A DNA stretch of 64,000 nucleotides from assembly GCA_965230295.1 (NCBI GenBank), contig OZ246001.1, positions 1,696,001 to 1,760,000 of the forward strand, written 5' to 3'. Position numbers and translations under genes: made by a program. Source of the DNA: Marinicella sp. Lineage in GTDB: Bacteria; Pseudomonadota; Gammaproteobacteria; Xanthomonadales; Marinicellaceae. Below are positions 1-8,912 of the stretch, one piece after another. The notes below the pieces were generated by a model, which did not search any database, was not told where the DNA came from, and worked only from the letters and a program-made list of their open reading frames with translations. Position 1 is the stretch's first letter. Every line of letters begins with the position of its first letter.

Positions 1-6
1 AGATTC

Positions 7-1212
7 TTGGGAATTCACCTCTCCCATAGAATGGGCTTGATATTTATCTTACTCACACTAAGCTGTGTCTTCCCTGCACAGTCCGAGGAAATTGATTTCT
101 CGGTAAATATTGGCCTTGAAACCAGGGGGTTCTTTCAGGACCCCTTGTTTTCTTCCCAATCTAACGACATCAATGCTTCATTATTTGTTGAGCCTGAATG
201 GAAGTGGCGCTCTGCTGACCGCAAACATCGCTTCAGTGCCATTGGTTTTTTACGCTGGGACGAACAAGACAGTAAAAGAACACATGTGGACTTGCGTGAA
301 CTCTATTGGTCATACAGTCACCAGGGTTGGACCACATTGGTTGGTGTGAACAAAGTCTTTTGGGGGGTCACAGAGTCCGTCCATTTGGTCGATGTGATCA
401 ACCAAACCGATGCTGTCGAAGACATCGACCAAGAAGACAAACTCGGACAACCCATGATCCAGATCAGCCGCCAACTCGATTGGGGCCGTATGGATTTATT
501 TGTCCTACATTATTTCCGAACCCGAACCTTTGCGGGTCCTGAAGGGCGTTTTGGTTTGGGGTTACCAGTCAGCAATGACGCGCTCTATGAGTCTTCTGCT
601 GAGGAAACGCACACCGACTTGGCCTTGCGCTATTCGCATTACTTTGGTGATCTGGATGTGGGCATTCATTTGTTCAAAGGCACAGACCGAGAACCTTTGC
701 TCGTCCCCAATAACAACCAGGACACTTTGGTTCCTTTCTACCAACAAATGAATCAATTTGGCATCGACTTACAATACACCACCGATGCCTGGTTATGGAA
801 ACTGGAAAGCATTTACCGCGACACCACTGTTGACCAGTTTTGGGCCGCTGTGGGCGGTTTTGAATACACCTTTTATCAAATCAATGAAAGTGATGCCGAC
901 TTGGGTGTGTTGTTAGAGTATCAGTACGATGACCGCAACCGCTTCAGCGCACCGGTCACCGCTGACAACGATGTTTTTATCGCTGCCCGCCTGGCCATGA
1001 ATGACAGCAAAGACACTTCTGTTCTCGGCGGCTTCAGTTATGACTTGGACAACGATTCCATGTTTGTTAATGTTGAAGCCGAAACACGATTGACAGACCA
1101 CCTGACTGCTGAATTGCGGGTCCGTTTGTTTACTCAAGTTGACCCCGGTGATAATGCCTATGTGTTCAACCGCAACGACTATGTGCAATTAACGCTTAAC
1201 TGGTTTTATTGA
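7..1212 (+). CDS. Putative outer-membrane beta-barrel protein (hypothetical; start uncertain, ATG at 31 or upstream of the window)
   Basis: 401-aa ORF with a signal-peptide-like N-terminus (LIFILLTLSCVFPAQS), amphipathic beta-strand pattern and a C-terminal aromatic BAM-type ending YVQLTLNWFY; the frame is open to the window edge. Confidence 0.7.
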   Translation: MGIHLSHRMGLIFILLTLSCVFPAQSEEIDFSVNIGLETRGFFQDPLFSSQSNDINASLFVEPEWKWRSADRKHRFSAIGFLRWDEQDSKRTHVDLRELYWSYSHQGWTTLVGVNKVFWGVTESVHLVDVINQTDAVEDIDQEDKLGQPMIQISRQLDWGRMDLFVLHYFRTRTFAGPEGRFGLGLPVSNDALYESSAEETHTDLALRYSHYFGDLDVGIHLFKGTDREPLLVPNNNQDTLVPFYQQMNQFGIDLQYTTDAWLWKLESIYRDTTVDQFWAAVGGFEYTFYQINESDADLGVLLEYQYDDRNRFSAPVTADNDVFIAARLAMNDSKDTSVLGGFSYDLDNDSMFVNVEAETRLTDHLTAELRVRLFTQVDPGDNAYVFNRNDYVQLTLNWFY

Positions 1213-1226
1213 GGTATGCGCACCTG

Positions 1227-2015
1227 TCACGCGGGCAAAGAATAATTGGCCTGCGTGACATGATCCACACCACAATCTAAGTCACTGATCCAATCCAGAA
1301 ACTGATTGATCACTTCTCGACCTTTGAAAGCCTTGCCATGCTGCGGAACCATCATTTCTAGGTCCAGTTTCTTCACCATCCTGGCCCACAACCGAGTGGC
1401 TCTGTTGGAACACATGTATCGCTCATGAAACCCCTTCATGAAAGGTATGTGAGCCATGAAATCAGTAACAAACAGATCCTCTGAATCTTGACCAATTGAT
1501 GCGCCCATGTCTCCTGAAAACAGAATTTTACTGACCGGGTCATACATTTGAAAATTACCCACCGAATGTAAAAAGTGTGCTGGAATCAAAAGCAATTCAC
1601 TGTCACCAAATGGTAGTTTCAAACCTTGATCTGGTATTTCAATCACCCTGTTGTTGAAGTCACCTATTTGTTTATCAACATGGGACGAAAGCAAGTGGGG
1701 CAGAAATCGACCCCATAATTTTGATACCAAAACCTGACATGAGGTGTTCATTACCCACCGATCAATCGAAGCAATGATGTCCGGATCCTGATGAGATGCA
1801 AAGATAAAATTGAGGTTTTTGGTGTTGATGAATCGAGTGATCGCTATATTCAGCGGAATGTATGTCAAGTCTCCACCCGGATCCAGCAAAATGGATTTTT
1901 CTCCATTGACGATCAAGAACTGGTTGGATTGAACACCTTGACCAGTCACCAAATCTATAAAGGCCAGACAATAGTGCCCCCCTCTGCGATACAAAACTTC
2001 CGGTTTTCCTGCCAT
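1227..2015 (-). CDS. MBL-fold metalloprotein, ODP (oxygen-binding di-iron protein)/FprA-N-like
   Basis: Motifs SHQDPDI, HFLHSVGNF, LFSGDMG, PQHG; no flavodoxin domain. Confidence 0.8.
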   Translation of the reverse strand: MAGKPEVLYRRGGHYCLAFIDLVTGQGVQSNQFLIVNGEKSILLDPGGDLTYIPLNIAITRFINTKNLNFIFASHQDPDIIASIDRWVMNTSCQVLVSKLWGRFLPHLLSSHVDKQIGDFNNRVIEIPDQGLKLPFGDSELLLIPAHFLHSVGNFQMYDPVSKILFSGDMGASIGQDSEDLFVTDFMAHIPFMKGFHERYMCSNRATRLWARMVKKLDLEMMVPQHGKAFKGREVINQFLDWISDLDCGVDHVTQANYSLPA

Positions 2016-2080
2016 TTCATGCCCATACTTTAGAAAGTTGTTATTCTATGCACAGGCGGGTTTTATGTGTTTGATTATTG

Positions 2081-3895
2081 TCAAACCTCCGATTGATTCT
2101 GTTTGATCAGGCCTATGATTTTCCAGTCTGCATGTAATTTTGCGGTCGCTTCGTCCCGGGTAAATACATGTAAATGTTTGCCGTTGGGAGACACCCCAAA
2201 CAAGGGGATGACCTGGCTGTCGTACTGTTGTAAATAAGCCTCATAATCAAACTCTTCTGTTAATGAAGTGGTCTTGATTTGGGCTCCCTGACCCAACCAA
2301 CTGGCCAACTTGGCATAGGTCACATCTTTATCAAACAACTGTCTTGCCAAGCCCTCACCGGCAACGGCATGTTTGTTTTCTGATTTGTTTTTTTCTTCAT
2401 TATTCAACACAAAAATGTTGGCCACGCCAAATTCGTTTTTATACCGTGTGGCCGCTAAATAGTTCAAATCCTTGTTCATTGACAACGCCATCAGTTTACC
2501 GATGCCGATCAAATCTAAATGATGATCGGCATGTTCCGAAACCACATTGCCATAATAGGTTTTCAAATCCTTCATGCGGGCTTCACGGATATACCGCCAG
2601 TGTGAATCACTCAACAGGCAATCGAATCCGTGCTGTTTCAAAGCTTCAGCGATGGCAATGGCCACCGGGTTACTACCCACCACCAAAATACCCTTGGCCT
2701 CTGAATTGGCCACGCCCAGTTTATTGGACAGCATGCCTGCCGTTGCTGACTGAAACACCACCGTACCAATGATGACCATGAAGGTTAAAGACACCAGTAA
2801 ACTGGCTTCGGCATAGCCTTGTTGTTCAAGTTTAAGTGCGAATAGGGCAGAAACCGCTGCGGCCACAATACCCCTTGGGGCAATCCATGACAGCACCACT
2901 TTTTCTTTAATACTCAAGTCTGAGCCCCAGGTTGAGACCCAAATTTTTAACGGTCTGGCCACAAACTGCACCACCAACAACAGCAATAACGACAACCACC
3001 CTATTTGTAAAAACTGTTGTAGGTCCAGACGTGCTGCCAAAATGATGAACAGGCCTGATATCAACAACACGGTCAGTGATTCTTTGAAGTTTAAGATGTC
3101 TTCAATGGGGGTGTTTTTGCTGTTGGCCAACCACATACCCATCACGGTTACCGTCAACAATCCCGATTCATGGGCCAGAAAATCTGAAAAGGCAAATACT
3201 GCAAAAACCAAGGTGAGGGTGAACACGTTGTGCAAATATTCTGGCATCCAATGGCGACGCAAGACCTGGCCCATCAATTCACCTGCCAACGCGCCCAGCA
3301 AGCCACCCACCAGCAAGATCCGACCAAACTCCAAGCCCACATCAAATAAACCTGCCGCATCTTGAGAAGAAATGATGAAGTTAAACACCAGCACCGCCAA
3401 TAAAGCACCGATGGGGTCGATCACTATGCCTTCCCAACGCAGCACATTGGCCACTTTCTTATTCAGTTTCAGGATGCGCAACATCGGAACAATGACCGTG
3501 GGTCCAGTCACCACCACCAATGAGCCAAACAATAACGACAACAACCACGATAAACCCAGCAACCAATGAGTGGCTCCGGCGATGGTCAACCAAGTCACCA
3601 GCATGCCCACAGTCACCATGCGTCTGACCACCGATTCCAAACCTCTGATTTGGCGAAAATTCAGCGTCAATGCCCCTTCGAACAAGATCACTGCCACAGC
3701 CAATGACACCATCGGAAACAACAAGTCACCAAACAACAAATCCGGATCGATCAAGCCTGTGACAGGCTTGCCCAATACGATGCCTAAGACCAACAGCAAT
3801 AAAATTGATGGTAGTTTTAACCACCATGCCAACCACTGCGCCATGGATCCCAGAATACCAATCAGCGCAATAGACAACATCATGTGTTCAGACAT
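2081..3895 (-). CDS. CPA1/NhaP-type cation:proton antiporter with C-terminal TrkA-N (RCK)-like domain
   Basis: Many TM helices; ILFEGAL, TGPTV, EGIVIDP and PRGIVAAA motifs; C-terminal ILVVGSN Rossmann-like segment. Confidence 0.85.
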   Translation of the reverse strand: MSEHMMLSIALIGILGSMAQWLAWWLKLPSILLLLVLGIVLGKPVTGLIDPDLLFGDLLFPMVSLAVAVILFEGALTLNFRQIRGLESVVRRMVTVGMLVTWLTIAGATHWLLGLSWLLSLLFGSLVVVTGPTVIVPMLRILKLNKKVANVLRWEGIVIDPIGALLAVLVFNFIISSQDAAGLFDVGLEFGRILLVGGLLGALAGELMGQVLRRHWMPEYLHNVFTLTLVFAVFAFSDFLAHESGLLTVTVMGMWLANSKNTPIEDILNFKESLTVLLISGLFIILAARLDLQQFLQIGWLSLLLLLVVQFVARPLKIWVSTWGSDLSIKEKVVLSWIAPRGIVAAAVSALFALKLEQQGYAEASLLVSLTFMVIIGTVVFQSATAGMLSNKLGVANSEAKGILVVGSNPVAIAIAEALKQHGFDCLLSDSHWRYIREARMKDLKTYYGNVVSEHADHHLDLIGIGKLMALSMNKDLNYLAATRYKNEFGVANIFVLNNEEKNKSENKHAVAGEGLARQLFDKDVTYAKLASWLGQGAQIKTTSLTEEFDYEAYLQQYDSQVIPLFGVSPNGKHLHVFTRDEATAKLHADWKIIGLIKQNQSEV

Positions 3896-3901
3896 TCAGT
3901 A

Positions 3902-4690
3902 TCAGTCCTGTACTTCTTGGATTTTCAAATTCGACAGTTTCTTCGAATACCTGGACTGCACAATTTCTGTGATCACCAACACAGCAATCACAAAATAAAA
4001 TGTCGCTTTGCTCATTTGGGTGATTTCTTGACCGAAGAACTTCAGATGGGCAATGTGGCCACCTTCCGACAACAACATGACCCCTACAATGAATAAGATA
4101 AACAAACCCAACACCTCATACATCCGGTTTTTTTGTAAGAATGCAGCAATGGAATCAGCCAACCAAACCATCAAGCCTGCACCAATCAAGATGGCCGTGG
4201 CCATCACGATGTAATTGTCCGTCAACGCCATGGCGCTGAGGATCGAATCAAAAGAGAACACCACATTCATGGTCACTATCAAAACCAATGCCGTGGTAAA
4301 GGATGACTTCTTGTCTTTCTCTTCTGCCATTTGGTCTTCCAAAGACAGCATGTGCCAGATCTCTTTCATCGCGGTATAGATAATAAAAGCGCCACCGAGC
4401 AACACCACCACAGCCCTGAGATTAAATGAGCCTTCTACCACACCTTCCCAGGCCAAAGTAAAAAAGGGTTCGGTGAAGTAAGACAACAGTTTCAACAGAC
4501 CAAACAGCAGAATCAAGCGGAATAAAACGGCCAGCCAAATGCCCGTTTTCCGTAGTTTTGATTGCTTAGACTCTTCAACCCGCTGTGATTCAATGATGAT
4601 GTACAGCAGATTATCAAAACCCAACACTGCTTGAAGCAGCACCAACATACCTAAAGTGAATAGATTTTCTATCGTGAACAACCCTTCCAT
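3902..4690 (-). CDS. TerC family membrane protein
   Basis: LQAVLGFDN and VFSFDSI motifs, multiple TM helices. Confidence 0.85.
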   Translation of the reverse strand: MEGLFTIENLFTLGMLVLLQAVLGFDNLLYIIIESQRVEESKQSKLRKTGIWLAVLFRLILLFGLLKLLSYFTEPFFTLAWEGVVEGSFNLRAVVVLLGGAFIIYTAMKEIWHMLSLEDQMAEEKDKKSSFTTALVLIVTMNVVFSFDSILSAMALTDNYIVMATAILIGAGLMVWLADSIAAFLQKNRMYEVLGLFILFIVGVMLLSEGGHIAHLKFFGQEITQMSKATFYFVIAVLVITEIVQSRYSKKLSNLKIQEVQD

Positions 4691-4764
4691 TGCCGACCTC
4701 TTTGAATAAAAACAATTATTGTTATCTTTCCAGAGGGCTTTTTCAAGGAGAAAAACAGGGTGGT

Positions 4765-5631
4765 TTATTTTTGTCGACTTGGCTGGGTTGCGACCATCAC
4801 CATATAAACCCCACCCAACACCAACAATGAAGCAATGATCAACCGACTTGTCATGGCTTCTCCAACCAACCAGACCCCACCGATGGCTGCGATGATGGGA
4901 ACCAACAGCTGTACCACGCCCGCCTGAGTCGATCGCAACTCAGGCAATACAGCATACCAAATGGCGTAACCCAATCCAGATGTGACGGCTCCTGAAATGA
5001 CAGCCAACCAAACACCTTTGGTGGTCCACAAATGCGGCTGGAAAACCACCAAACAAAGCACCAAAACCAATGGTAAGGCATAAAGAAAGTTTTTGGTGGT
5101 GTCTGCTAAAGCCGAAACCGAACCTTGACCAGCTATCGTGTAAAACCCCCAGGCCATGCCACTGAGTGACATCAACACAAAACCCAATAAAGTTGGGGTG
5201 CCCCAAGCTGGTATCATCAGATATATCAGCCCGGTAAAAGCCAACAACACCCCTAACCATTCCAACGCACCAGGTCTTTGACCCTTGAAAAAACTGGTCA
5301 GCAGTATGGTCAACTGGACCGCACCAAATAATATCAATGCCCCACTGCCGGTTTCCAGCAACACATAGGCATAGGAAAAGAACAGCGCATAAGCAAACAA
5401 CAACAGCGCTCCGAACCATGAACGTCGGGTGGGCTTGAACAGCGAATCTGTGTTTGGTGGTTTGTTTTGCAAAAATAACAATAACAAGACCAGTGTGATC
5501 GCGCCTGCCAATAACCTCACCGATGTAAAACCCGCCACATCCATCAGGCCTTGGCCCAATGCCAAACGACACAACACCGAGTTACCCGCAAAGGCGAGTA
5601 GCGCCAAGCCTGTGTACAACACTGTTTTCAA
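4765..5631 (-). CDS. DMT/EamA family transporter
   Basis: About 10 TM helices, AFAGNSVLCR N-terminus and SGLGYAIWY motif; TTG start overlaps the upstream cyclase stop. Confidence 0.85.
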   Translation of the reverse strand: MKTVLYTGLALLAFAGNSVLCRLALGQGLMDVAGFTSVRLLAGAITLVLLLLFLQNKPPNTDSLFKPTRRSWFGALLLFAYALFFSYAYVLLETGSGALILFGAVQLTILLTSFFKGQRPGALEWLGVLLAFTGLIYLMIPAWGTPTLLGFVLMSLSGMAWGFYTIAGQGSVSALADTTKNFLYALPLVLVLCLVVFQPHLWTTKGVWLAVISGAVTSGLGYAIWYAVLPELRSTQAGVVQLLVPIIAAIGGVWLVGEAMTSRLIIASLLVLGGVYMVMVATQPSRQK

Positions 5632-6437
5632 GAGGGGTCTTTGGTGGCTGTTTGCACACCATATAGTGCGGGATTACTGGGCACGGCATTGAGGTTTAAA
5701 CGCGGCACCTGCAGGTTCAGTATATAAGGACCATCTTTCAGCTCGTTGGGAACGTAAACCATTTCAGTGATGGTTTTGTGGTGGTGTTGTTCAACAGTTC
5801 TCTGGTGTGAACCAGGCTCGATGTTCCAAAACAAGCGGTGGTTGCTCAATAGACCATCATCATGCAGTCGGTCCACTGAAGGCAGATCCACCAACAGGTG
5901 CTCTATTGACGTTTCATCTGCCAGCCACTGCATCGCTTCGTTGCTGAAAAAGGCCGGCTGCATGTCTTGTCCGTAGCGGTGGGTAAGCTTGGCATTGGAG
6001 TTGGGTAAAGTTCTGATAATTAAGGCTTTTACACCCTTGTGTAAGCTTTTCTTTACGGCTGTCAATTGGTGCTTGCAAATCACCTTATCGCCTGGCTCCA
6101 ACGCTGGTTGGTAACTGTCCATTGAAACATAAGTCACTGGTTCAATAGTCACCAACAATGCCTGAATCAAGGGTTGCTTGATCACTTCATGGGGAGCGAT
6201 CAGGTCATCGATCACATGCGAAATACTTTCGGTGTGGGTGCCATTACAATGAGGATTGAAACTGACATCTTGGGCATTACAGGAACCGCCCTGGGTGGTG
6301 TCGCCAATAAAATCACCCGCTTGCATGGGCACAGCCGATGCACCATTGGCACCAAAATGGTTAGGCTGAGGTCCATCGAAATTCATCGGAATGGCTATTG
6401 AAGTCGGCGGCTTGGTTAAATGAGCGCGACCGGCCAT
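5628..6437 (-). CDS. Cyclase family metal hydrolase (kynurenine formamidase-like)
   Basis: PHCNGTHTESISH and VDLPSVD motifs; ATG at 6437 overlaps the ACMSD stop (TGATG); sits in a tryptophan-catabolism cluster. Confidence 0.7.
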   Translation of the reverse strand: MAGRAHLTKPPTSIAIPMNFDGPQPNHFGANGASAVPMQAGDFIGDTTQGGSCNAQDVSFNPHCNGTHTESISHVIDDLIAPHEVIKQPLIQALLVTIEPVTYVSMDSYQPALEPGDKVICKHQLTAVKKSLHKGVKALIIRTLPNSNAKLTHRYGQDMQPAFFSNEAMQWLADETSIEHLLVDLPSVDRLHDDGLLSNHRLFWNIEPGSHQRTVEQHHHKTITEMVYVPNELKDGPYILNLQVPRLNLNAVPSNPALYGVQTATKDPS

Positions 6438-7447
6438 CAGATGAATTGAGAACGATTGAGGTTCAACCATTCCAGCGCCGTGCCCGACAACATGCGTTGT
6501 TTGACTTCATCGGAATACGGCATGGAAGTGATCAATTTACCAGGCTCAAGTTCGCCCAGCGGAAACGGATAATCGGTGCCCAGCGCCAATCGCTCTGGGC
6601 CCATCAGATTGACTATGTAATCCAAAACACCTGGTTCATGCACCAGGGTATCCAGGTAGATTTGATTGAGGTATTTTCTGGGGTTGTGCGGGTTGTCGAC
6701 CGCCACCAAATCAGGCCTGACTTCAAAACCATGTTCAATGCGACCTATACTGGCCGGAAAACCCCCGCCACCGTGTGCAAAAGCAATGCGCAAATCAGGC
6801 AAACGTTCCAAAACCCCGCCAAAGATCATCGAACATATGGCCAAAGAGGTTTCTGCTGGCATCCCCACCAACCACGGTAACCAGTATTTTTCCATTTGAT
6901 TTTTGCCGACCATGTCCCAAGGGTGCACAAAAATAGCTGCCCCCAATTCTTCTGCTGCGGCAAAAACATCAAACAGTTCAGGGGCATTCAAATTCCATTC
7001 GTTCACATGTGAACCAATTTGCACGCCGGCCAAACCCAATTCTTTGACGCACCGCTCTAATTCTTTGATTGCCAGATCTGGTGCTTGCATCGGCAAGGTG
7101 CCCAAACCAACAAACCGTTTCGGGTCGGTGGCCACTTTTTGGGCCATATCATCGTTCAAAAATCGGGACAAATCATGGGTGTCATGTGGCTTGGCCCAGT
7201 AACAAAACATCACCGGAACCGTTGAGAGTACCTGTACATGTACACCATGCTGATCACATTCCACCAACCGGGTGTGGGGGTCCCAGCAGTTGGCCTCGAT
7301 GTCGCGAAAATGTTTACCATCCTGGAGCATTCTGGCGCACCCGCAGCCGGTGTGTTCAAGCTGCACAAAGCCGCCATATCCGTACTTTTCGCGTAAGTTA
7401 GGCCAGTTTTCCGGTAATATGTGGGTATGTATGTCTATTTTAAGCAT
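6437..7447 (-). CDS. nbaD: 2-amino-3-carboxymuconate-6-semialdehyde decarboxylase (ACMSD), amidohydrolase family
   Basis: [12 protein letters not shown] start, FVHPWDM, WLVGMPAET, AHGGG and GTDYPFPLGE motifs; ATG at 7447 overlaps the 3-HAO stop. Confidence 0.9.
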   Translation of the reverse strand: MLKIDIHTHILPENWPNLREKYGYGGFVQLEHTGCGCARMLQDGKHFRDIEANCWDPHTRLVECDQHGVHVQVLSTVPVMFCYWAKPHDTHDLSRFLNDDMAQKVATDPKRFVGLGTLPMQAPDLAIKELERCVKELGLAGVQIGSHVNEWNLNAPELFDVFAAAEELGAAIFVHPWDMVGKNQMEKYWLPWLVGMPAETSLAICSMIFGGVLERLPDLRIAFAHGGGGFPASIGRIEHGFEVRPDLVAVDNPHNPRKYLNQIYLDTLVHEPGVLDYIVNLMGPERLALGTDYPFPLGELEPGKLITSMPYSDEVKQRMLSGTALEWLNLNRSQFI

Positions 7448-7989
7448 CAAAGATCCAGCTTGTTGTTTTCTGGCATTACCGTGCCACAATTGGCACAAGT
7501 ACGTGCTTCAACATCAGCAAAAAAGCGCTCAAAGACAGGAAAAAAATCTTTTTCTATGTCTTCTAAAGTGAAATACTCTTCATACAGTTTGTGGTTACAG
7601 TTTTCACAAAACCACATCAAGCCATCTTTTTCATGGACCAGTCGTTTTCGTTCGACCACAAGACCAATGGAGTTGGCATACCGTACCGGTGAATGTGGCA
7701 TCCGTGGTGGCAGCATAAAAACCTCACCAGCTTTGATGGGATAGTCCACCACTTGGCCATCTTGCTGGGTTTTCAATAACATTTCACCTTCCAGCTGATA
7801 AAAGAATTCCGGCCCTTCATCATAATGGTAATCACGGCGGCCGTTGGGTCCGCCGACCACCATCACAATAAAGTCATCTTCCTCAAAAACCTGCTTGTTA
7901 CATACCGGTGGTTTTAATTGGTCGCGGTGTGCGTCGATCCACTGTTTGAAATTAAAGGGTGGCATCGGCTTGGTTGACATTTCACTCAT
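7447..7989 (-). CDS. nbaC: 3-hydroxyanthranilate 3,4-dioxygenase
   Basis: [24 protein letters not shown] and PHSP motifs; rubredoxin-like CENC...CANC. Confidence 0.95.
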   Translation of the reverse strand: MSEMSTKPMPPFNFKQWIDAHRDQLKPPVCNKQVFEEDDFIVMVVGGPNGRRDYHYDEGPEFFYQLEGEMLLKTQQDGQVVDYPIKAGEVFMLPPRMPHSPVRYANSIGLVVERKRLVHEKDGLMWFCENCNHKLYEEYFTLEDIEKDFFPVFERFFADVEARTCANCGTVMPENNKLDL

Positions 7990-8013
7990 GTTGTTCTCCC
8001 ACTTTGTGCTTTT

Positions 8014-8433
8014 TCAGTCTTGTTTAACTGATGCAATACATTTTAACTCAATCGCTATCGGAGTCGGCAATTTGTTGATTTCAACGGTGGTGCGACAGGG
8101 CTGGTTGCTGGCAAAGTACTCAGCATAAATTTTATTATAGGTCACAAAATCAGTGTCCATATTGGTCAAGAAAACCGTGACATCAACCAGGTCATCCCAA
8201 CTGGCTCCCGAGGCCTCTAGCACCAAGCGTACGTTGTCGAATACACTGCGACATTGTGTCTCTATACAATAAGAAGTGACGTTGCCGTCTTCATCCAGGC
8301 TCACACCAGGGATGTCTTTGCTGCCTTTTTTTCGCGGTCCGACGCCCGATAAAAACAACAAGTTGCCCACTTGTCTGGCATGTGGATATAAACCCACCGG
8401 TTCTGGCGCTTCGTTGGCCATGACTTTCTTCAT
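8014..8433 (-). CDS. RidA family protein, probable 2-aminomuconate deaminase
   Basis: PVGLYPHAR, FLSGVGPR, PCRTTVE and LPTPIAIELK motifs; first gene of the nbaC-nbaD operon. Confidence 0.8.
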   Translation of the reverse strand: MKKVMANEAPEPVGLYPHARQVGNLLFLSGVGPRKKGSKDIPGVSLDEDGNVTSYCIETQCRSVFDNVRLVLEASGASWDDLVDVTVFLTNMDTDFVTYNKIYAEYFASNQPCRTTVEINKLPTPIAIELKCIASVKQD

Positions 8434-8512
8434 ATTTTGTCTTCCTCTTAAGGTTTGCTCTGGACATTGAATGGGTCACCATTCACAATGTTTGGTTTTG
8501 AGGAGAATCACC

Positions 8513-8908
8513 ATGCTTGGTTACATCACACTCGGCACCAATGATTTGGCTGCTGCATCAAGATTTTACGACAGCCTGTTTGCACAAATCAATGTCAAAC
8601 GCATCATGCCTGGTTCTGAAGAACACGGTTATGTGGTTTGGGCCAAAGACATGGAATCCACCGGTTTTTCAATCCTCAGACCTTTCAATGGTGAAGCAGC
8701 CACACCTGGAAATGGCCATATGGCAGCCATTGCTGCTGAATCACCAGATCAGGTTCAACAGCTTTATCACAAGGCACTTGAGCTGGGAGGCCGGTGTGAA
8801 GGTGAACCTGGTGATCGGGGCAATGGCTTTTATGCTGCCTATTTTCGTGATTTGGATGGTAACAAACTCAATGCCTATTGCATGACCAATCACACAGAAC
8901 AGGAGTGA
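8513..8908 (+). CDS. VOC/glyoxalase family protein
   Basis: YITLGTNDL, PFNGEAATPGNG and YFRDLDGNKL motifs; AGGAG RBS before ATG 8513. Confidence 0.85.
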   Translation: MLGYITLGTNDLAAASRFYDSLFAQINVKRIMPGSEEHGYVVWAKDMESTGFSILRPFNGEAATPGNGHMAAIAAESPDQVQQLYHKALELGGRCEGEPGDRGNGFYAAYFRDLDGNKLNAYCMTNHTEQE

Positions 8909-8912
8909 ATTG

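Noticed and set aside
4691-4764. Possible yybP-ykoY (Mn) riboswitch upstream of terC
   Set aside because: The gap is only about 75 nt and shows no recognisable aptamer motifs.
4940-5572. 210-aa alternative-frame ORF, and similar long shadow ORFs (6398-6880, 15400-15840, 55722-56363, 62131-62592)
   Set aside because: They overlap well-supported genes and have no family motifs.
7001-7014. Palindrome GTTCACATGTGAAC resembling parS
   Set aside because: Lacks the CACGTG core and spacing of parS; lies within the nbaD coding sequence and is probably chance.
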